A stretch of 55,286 nucleotides of DNA, filler included, from Sphacelaria rigidula (Eukaryota): assembly GCA_964200075.2 (NCBI GenBank). It is 5 parts of 5 records of this genome, joined end to end, with 100 filler letters (N's around TTAATTAATTAA, not from the genome) between each part and the next. Parts side by side here need not be neighbours in the genome. Positions count along the whole stretch, not along the records: positions 44,311 to 55,286 come from CAXNAA020005594.1; 4 more parts are not named here. One strand, written 5' to 3'. Shown piece after piece: positions 48,693-55,286 of the stretch (the stretch's first letter is position 1; each line of letters starts with the position of its first letter). The notes under the pieces were generated by a model that saw nothing but the letters and a program-made list of their open reading frames with translations, was not told the DNA's origin and ran no database searches. The position numbers and the translations under genes were made by a program.

Positions 48693-50821
48693 ATGTCGGG
48701 CCGAAAAGAGTGCAAGTTACGAGCAATGTCAGCACGGTCCCACCTCGAGATACCATCGGCAAGAGTATTTGCTACCTCTCTGATGTGTTTCGCACAGAAC
48801 CGCCACCCGTTTCGCATTTCCAACACGCCCATCATTCGCATGAGCGCCCCCGACCGTGGCTCTTTCGCCCCCCTACATTTGTTCGCCCAGTGAACAGCGC
48901 TCATGTTGTCCCCTCGCATCAAGATACTCTTCCCGGGGTACTCCGGTCGTTCCGCAGCATGCACAGTCACCGCCCACGCCGTCACTACCATAGCCAGCAG
49001 CTGGAAAACGTTCATCGACAAATCGTCTCTAGAAAACACACGGGTACGGAAGCGTGCACGTACATCCGGAGTGAAATCTATCCTCCACCATTTCCCGGTT
49101 TCCAAATAGTATCCTCCCATGGCATCCCCGCTGGCATCGATAATGATTATCAAGCTTGAAAGCTGCAGGACACAGCACGGCAGAGGTGCTTCTGACCGAG
49201 TCACACCGTCTACCCCTGTAGCCATATCCAAAATCAACCTCCAAAAAGCCAGGTCATCATGGAATTATGGACCCAGCCGAACGCATCCTCGGCGCTGTGC
49301 GCGCCTTGCTACGAATCTTTTGTCCGCCGCTTCGCCTGCCGTGAATGGCGCTAGACGCGGTTGATTTAAAATACGCCGCACGAAAAACTTTCCCGGTCTC
49401 ACGACCTCACACAAGTGCAGAAGCTTTCCCATCAACGATCGCACTTCCTTCACCGACGCTTCCTTCCTGTCTACTGGCCATTGGTCTAAAATGCCCCGCA
49501 GATTCTCAATCTTGCGCTGTGGGACGGAAATGGTCCTCGTTACTGTGTCAATCGTCCATCCCAACATTTCCATGCGAGTGTCCCACGACGTCGTTTTTTC
49601 GCGCGCAAACAACGGAGGCATTCCAGGTTCCCGACGACTACCAAACAAACGAAAGCTATCAGAAGCAGAGGACCGGGTAGCACGAAGACACCGTCTGCCT
49701 GCCAAGAAACTCTCCGCCTCCACGAACAGCGCGTCATCCACAAACGTCTCTACCCAAAACTTGTCGCGCAGCCCCCCGCCCACACCCGGGTGATAAACAT
49801 AATCTCGTGGCAACTCGGCGCGCACCTCGTTTGTTCGAGGTGGCTCTACGCGTACATGTCTAGCGGCCGCACGGCCTTCCTCTGTGACTTCTGCGTTTTG
49901 GAATGTCGTGTTGTTGTGCGCGTGCTGGACAGCTGCCGCGCCCACCCCCCACAGCGCGGGCGAACTAGTCCATCCAAATTGAAGACACCGGTCTATTATT
50001 ACAAATTCCTCGAACACGTACCCAAACGTTGGCGCCTTATCCACATCGACTTGAATTTGACGGAACGCACTCTTGGTATCCATTTTGGCAAGCAGGATTC
50101 GGGGGGGGGGGGGGGGGGGGGGGGGGGAGGGTTCCACATTGGCAACAAATTTTCCATGAAGGTACAGAATTCGCCACGCCACATTGCGGAACACATGTCC
50201 TATTTTACACTCCGGTACCGCCGATGTATCAGTATCTTCGTGTACACTGTTTCCAGACATCGCGTTAGACAAATCATGACAAATGCGAACCTTTGACGGG
50301 GACACAGCGACCGCCACAGGTGATACGCGGAGACCTGGAATAGCAGCAGCTGCGTGACGTGGAAAAACAAATGCTCTCCCAAGAAGCACATCCTCCACAA
50401 TTTTTGCCAAAATTTCCGAAGAATATGGTCTGACACAACTATGGTTTCCATATTGGAGCGCCGCAACCAAATCTCCCCGCCCACATACCGCAACCGGTGC
50501 CCCGATACTGACAAGCTGCACCAACAGATCTATGTCGGGAAACCCTTTCACTTCGCCAAACCAACGCCGAATCAGAGATACATCAACGCGGGGAACGGGT
50601 AATACAGTCAGAGTTTCAAGCATACTGCTAAACGAACCACTTTTGTCTTCCCAAAAACGTTGGCTTTTTGCTGCTACATTATGGAGTGTTGTATAGGTTG
50701 ATTGAGGATCGGCTGAGCGCGCTAACCGTTTTAGCGCTACCGCACATTCTTCCATATCCTCAGCCACACCTTCTTGCTCGCTCAACGCCGACCTCGGTCC
50801 TCCCGCCTGCTCGCCTTCCAC
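48545..50821 (-). pseudogene. Reverse transcriptase / RNase H of the YR retroelement, frameshifted near 49260
   Basis: KVRICHDLS, AKMDTKSAFRQI, LQFGWTSSP, FVDD, MLGWTID; RNase H DASGDAMGG, RGDNMSAV, NTLADGISR. Confidence 0.92.
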
Positions 50822-50875
50822 GGAAACCGCGTGCTGGTCCGAGGTTGGCCCCGCCTCGAGGCGAGGCCCGCACCC

Positions 50876-52306
50876 CTAGTTGCGGCCCCCACCACCGCTG
50901 CCGCCCCCGCCCCCGGCGCTCTGGTTGCTGGGGCGGTTGCTGGTTCCCCCGGTCTCCAAGCCGCCGCCACCGGCGCGACCAGTGCCACCGGTGCGACCAT
51001 TGCGACCGTCGCCGCCGCCTCCCCCGCCGCTAGCTCGAGGACCGTCGCTCCCGTTGCTGGATCGACCGTTTGCTTTCTTGTTGTGCCCCCATGGGCGGTT
51101 CCGGCGACGGCATACTCCTTCCTTCATCTCCACGAAGCAGTGTCAGTCACGAATTTGGCTATTTCCGGAGCGGGAACGCTTGGTCGGCGACAGTAGGGAA
51201 GAGGTGCGGATGCGGATGCCCCGAAGTCCCCCGCTATCAATAAAGTTGCGCAGGAATTTCCACTGCGGCGTCACCACCGGAGGCATGTCCTCGAGTTTTG
51301 GAGGCGTTGGGTGCTGCCGCTGGAATGCGACGACGCTAGTAAACAGGCTCGAAGACCATCGGCCATCACCATCAACGAAGGACTCCATCATGGCGCATAC
51401 CTCGGGTTCCAACATCTTGGCGGGCCATTTGGGGCAGTGTGCCCGCAACAGCGTAGCGCCCTCCTCCATGGCTTCGCGAAGAATCTTCAGACGGACGCGC
51501 CCGTCGTCCGACTCGATACCCAGGGAGAGGAGCGTCATGATGGCCTCGATCAGTATCTCCAGGTGCTCGTACAGCGACGTGCTGGTGACGCGTGGGTCGT
51601 CGTTCTCCGCCACATACAGCCGCACGCAAAAACCACTCATGGAGTGTAGTTGTTCCATGACGGCGGGGGTAACTTTGACGATCTCATGCAACACCGCTTG
51701 CATCTCCGTCGTCTTCAACCCGCTGACGGTCGAACGCTCCCCGATCAAAACCCACAACTTCATCATTGTCGGGTTGTACCACGCTTTTATGCTTTCTTTC
51801 GCACGAGCCAGTGGGACGTGCGAGGTCGACGCGATTGAACCACGCGGCTGCGTCAAATCGTGGACCGCAGGCCGTCCTTCGCCAGCGTCAAAATCCTCGC
51901 TCTCGCGACGGCGGTCCCCCGGCGTCGCTGGTGGCTCTGCCGCGGCGCGGTCTGCCTCCAGGGCCTGAAGCTATTTAACCGTGCCACGGGCCTCGTCGCG
52001 TTCCACCGCGGCCGCATCGCGCTCGGCTTGCATCTCCTCGAACCGCGCCCACAACTCGGCTGCCTCGGCTGCCGTGAGCGGACCCTCCCCGCGTAGAGGT
52101 GCGGCCGACCGCGCCCTGGGTGGTGCACGCCGCGATCTCGATCTACCGGGCGTACGCCGGGTAGTGCGGGCGTCCCCGCGGCCGCGCCCCCGTGGAGTGC
52201 CCCCAGTCGACCCCGATCTACCGGGCGCGCGCCGTGTAGTACGGGCGCCCCCGCAGCCCTGCCCCCGTGGAGTGCCCCCAGTCGACGACCTCGTCGCCGC
52301 AGGCAT
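50876..52306 (-). pseudogene. ORF1 (gag-like) of the YR retroelement, with two in-frame stops and a degenerate CCCH-like finger
   Basis: ORFs 51971..52306, 51143..51856 and 50876..51133 share one frame. CFVEMKEGVCRRRNRPWGH at 51083-51139. 75-bp tandem repeat at 52140-52286. Confidence 0.75.
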
Positions 52307-52689
52307 CTAATGTAGAGAACCAATAAGGCGGTCATGCGGACATGGGCCAATATGGGATAAACAAAAGTTTAGCGACGAGTATCAACGAGCGGCGGCCACT
52401 GGTGTTCGGGTTTCAAACACATGCGAGCATCACGCCGAGGTGGAAACGCATCGTCAAACTTTCGTGGATAGTTTAGACGGTAGCCCCGCTAACCTTACCC
52501 GTAGACAAGCCTCGTATTCCTATCGCGAGCTGGAGGCATCAGCTGTCGAGGTGTGTCATTGTTGTGTGTGTGTGTGTGTTTTTCGCTCGCCGGCGTTTGG
52601 ATCGATGGCTTTTTGCCGATCACGCCATTTCCGTCATGCCCCTCCCGCGAGAAAAAAACTATATATATATATATATAAATAAAACAGAG

Positions 52690-54500
52690 AGTACCTGTGC
52701 CGACGGATTCGATATTTGACCGACGATCACACACACGCTCTACATCGCGGACACACCAAGCGTCCATGATGAAAACGGCAACATCTTATGATGTTGATTT
52801 AGCGGCGTACGTAGGCTTTCGTACGTCGAAGAAAATTATACCCGACCGTTCCCATAGACAGTCAAAGTTTCGGCTGATATTTATTTGGCTGCTTCCCGAA
52901 GTCTTTCGGCACTCTGGATCAAGAAGCGTCTTGACCATCCGCTAATTGACCAGAGGGCAACCCCCCGTGGATATCCGTGGGATCGATATACAATCGAAAC
53001 GGCTAGTACATAGGGCAGGTGAGGCAGACAACTTGCTGTTATATATGTATATATATATATATATTGAACATATTGTTTGCTGCAACTCGAAAAGTTTTCG
53101 ACAGCCCGGGCCACGGAGCGTACACACGTGCACCGCTACTGACCAGACGACAACCACCCGTGGATTTCCGTGAGAGATTTGGTCCAGCATATATATTTTT
53201 GTTTTACACAGGTTTCCGCACTTCAAAGACGACTGACAGCGCCGGTAAGTAATCGAACATGCGGGATGAAACGGCAACATCGTATGATGTTGATTCAGCG
53301 GCGTTCGTAGGCTTCTGTACTTGTAAGAAAAACAGAACTCGACAGTTGCACTACAATCGCAACGGCGACCACCTCTGGGTGCGATTGATTCAAAGTTTTT
53401 ACTGATATATATATATATATATGTTTAAATATATATATTCTGCCTCCCGAAGTATTTCGGCACTTTGAATCAAGAAGCATTTGCACCATCCGCTACTTGA
53501 CCAGAGGGCAACCTCCCGTGGATTTCCGTAGGAGGTTGGTTCAGCATAGGCATTTGGCCCGCAGACTTCTGCACTTCGAAGATGACTCGACAGTTCCGAT
53601 ATGCAATTAAAACGGCAATAATTGCACATGGCAATCGAGCCAGAAGCCTGCTGGATTTTTGGGGCTTTTTGTTTGCTGCAACTCGGAAATTCCCGACAGC
53701 CCGGTGAAGGAGCGTGCATATGTGCAACGCTGCTGACCAGACGGCAACCTCCACGAAATTTCGTGAGAGGATGGTTCAGCATATATTTGTTTTTTCGCTA
53801 CACAGGCTTCTGCACTTCGAAGACGACTCGACAGCTCCGATAGGTAATCGAAACGGCAATCACACGTGCTATTGAGTCAGAAGCCTGTCGAAATGTGTTG
53901 GAGCTCATTGTATTGCTGCAACCCGAAATCGGCAGCCCGGGTCGAGTAGCGTATGTCCAGACACGCTATTGACGTGTGCAACGCTAACTGACCAGACGGC
54001 AACCTCCTGTGAATTTCCCCGAGAGGTTGGTTCAGCATAGGGATTTCTTTACGCAGACGTTTGCCCTTCGAAGACTACTCGACAGTTTCGATAGGTAATC
54101 GAAACGGCGATCACACAGTGTAATTGAGTCAGAAGCCTGCTGCAATGTTTGGAACTCATTTTTGACTGCAACCCGAAAACGTTTCCGGCAGCCCGGGTCG
54201 CGAAGCGTATGTGCAACAAGCTCGAGAAAAGTATGTGCAACACGCTATTTGACCAGACGGCAACCTCTCGGATGTCTTGGAGAGGTTGGTTCAGCACGAG
54301 CATAGGTTTCTGCACTTCGATAAAACTCGACAACTCCGGGATGGCCCAGAGCGGCAATACACACCCGTGTGCGATTGAGCCAGAAACATTTAGCATGAGT
54401 GTAGGTTTTCTGCTCTTCGACCAAACTCGACAGCTCGGGGATGATCTGAACGGCAATACACAGATGTCTGCGATGGAGCCAGGAAACCGTGCAGCTTTAC
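52690..54500. repeat. Degenerate satellite-like tandem repeat (~200-360-bp spacing)
   Basis: Anchor GACCAGA(C/G)G(G/A)CAACC at 52948, 53141, 53499, 53735, 53990 and 54251. Confidence 0.85.
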
Positions 54501-54878
54501 TTCCGACAGTAGCTGCTTCCCGATAGCTCGCAGCCTGTTTCACAGTGCGTACAGATATACCACAGTGACCAGATATACCGGTACATGTGATAGCACCACG
54601 CCAGGAAGCTGGCCCAATGCGCAGCCCCGCCTCCTTCCGCCTTTTCAAGCACGTAGATGCCCTCGCGCCACGCCCGGAAGCTGGCCCCCTGCGCAGCCCC
54701 GCCTCCTTCACACCTAATCGATAAAAACTTAATCGATAAAACTTGTTGGTCCCTGTCGAACTGCCCCAACTCCTTCTATGCTCCCTCTGTCCACCTTTTG
54801 TTTCTCCAACCTACGCTGATTTGCGTCTCCTTGTTTTGACTATCCGTGCCGTGGACTTTCCCGCAAACTGAACGCTTG

Positions 54879-54990
54879 GGGCTGACTATTCAACTGTTCC
54901 TCCGTGACCCTCAAAAAGCGGCTGAAATAATAAAAAGGCGGCTGACTATTCGACTGTTCCTCCGTGACCCTAAAAGAGCGGCTGAACTAA
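54879..54990. repeat. 60-bp tandem duplication
   Basis: GGCTGACTATTC.ACTGTTCCTCCGTGACCCT...GCGGCTGAA twice. Confidence 0.85.
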
Positions 54991-55059
54991 TAGACGCCTC
55001 TTTGGCCAATTCGATGTTTGCAATGAACGACGGTTTGCTTTTTTCTGAACAAACCTCCC

Positions 55060-55286
55060 CTTTGAGAAGGCGAAATCTACATGTGAATCAAAATGACAAA
55101 AAAAGAGGTGCGCACACCAACCAGCCAAGAACTCCCATGCCTTTGATCGTTTTGATCATTATCGCCCATACGAGGCGCGTTATGCACTCTGCAACGAGCT
55201 ATCATGCCCTGCATGGTCATTAATTTCGTGACAGTTTCGGGGCTGGTTGGGGGGGGTGGGGGGGGGGGGGGGGGGGGGTGGCGGGG
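55060..55286. repeat. Relative of the 4111-4310 MITE family
   Basis: Similar to 9000-9180 and to the reverse complement of 4140-4250; ends GGGCTGGTT-poly-G. Confidence 0.55.

Larger units (their letters stand above)
47270..52400 (-). mobile_element. Near-complete Ngaro/DIRS-like tyrosine-recombinase retrotransposon (inactivated)
   Basis: ORF1, RT, RNase H and overlapping YR in order. No integrase or protease. Exact termini not resolved. Confidence 0.9.

Noticed and set aside
50880..51968. 362-aa plus-strand ORF
   Set aside because: Antisense shadow of the GC-rich retroelement ORF1.

Overview
Eukaryotic, repeat-rich DNA, most likely from a brown alga (inferred from an EsV-1-7 repeat exon, a multi-exon GBF1-type Sec7 gene with GT-AG introns, and the repeat types). 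The window is not one locus. Four identical 100-bp linkers (N44-TTAATTAATTAA-N44) separate segments of 10978, 10978, 10977, 10977 and 10976 bp, as expected for unplaced contigs concatenated in descending size order. Contig 1 holds LTR retroelements: a paired-LTR element without a recognisable pol, a Gypsy RT remnant, the 3' half of a chromodomain Gypsy, and MITEs. Contig 2 holds the terminal exon of an EsV-1-7 repeat protein. Contig 3 holds seven exons of a GBF1/GNOM-family ARF-GEF with an intronic foldback, plus an upstream tRNA-derived SINE. Contig 4 holds DNA-transposon relics, a piggyBac-type MITE, and a degenerate tyrosine-recombinase (YR) retroelement preceded by a structured ~124-bp tandem array. 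Contig 5 holds a Copia fragment abutting a near-complete but inactivated Ngaro/DIRS-like YR retrotransposon, then a satellite. No CRISPR, rRNA or intact tRNA was seen. The best novelty candidates are the hairpin-rich tandem arrays inside retroelements, one with apparent covariation. All alignments and folds were done by eye.
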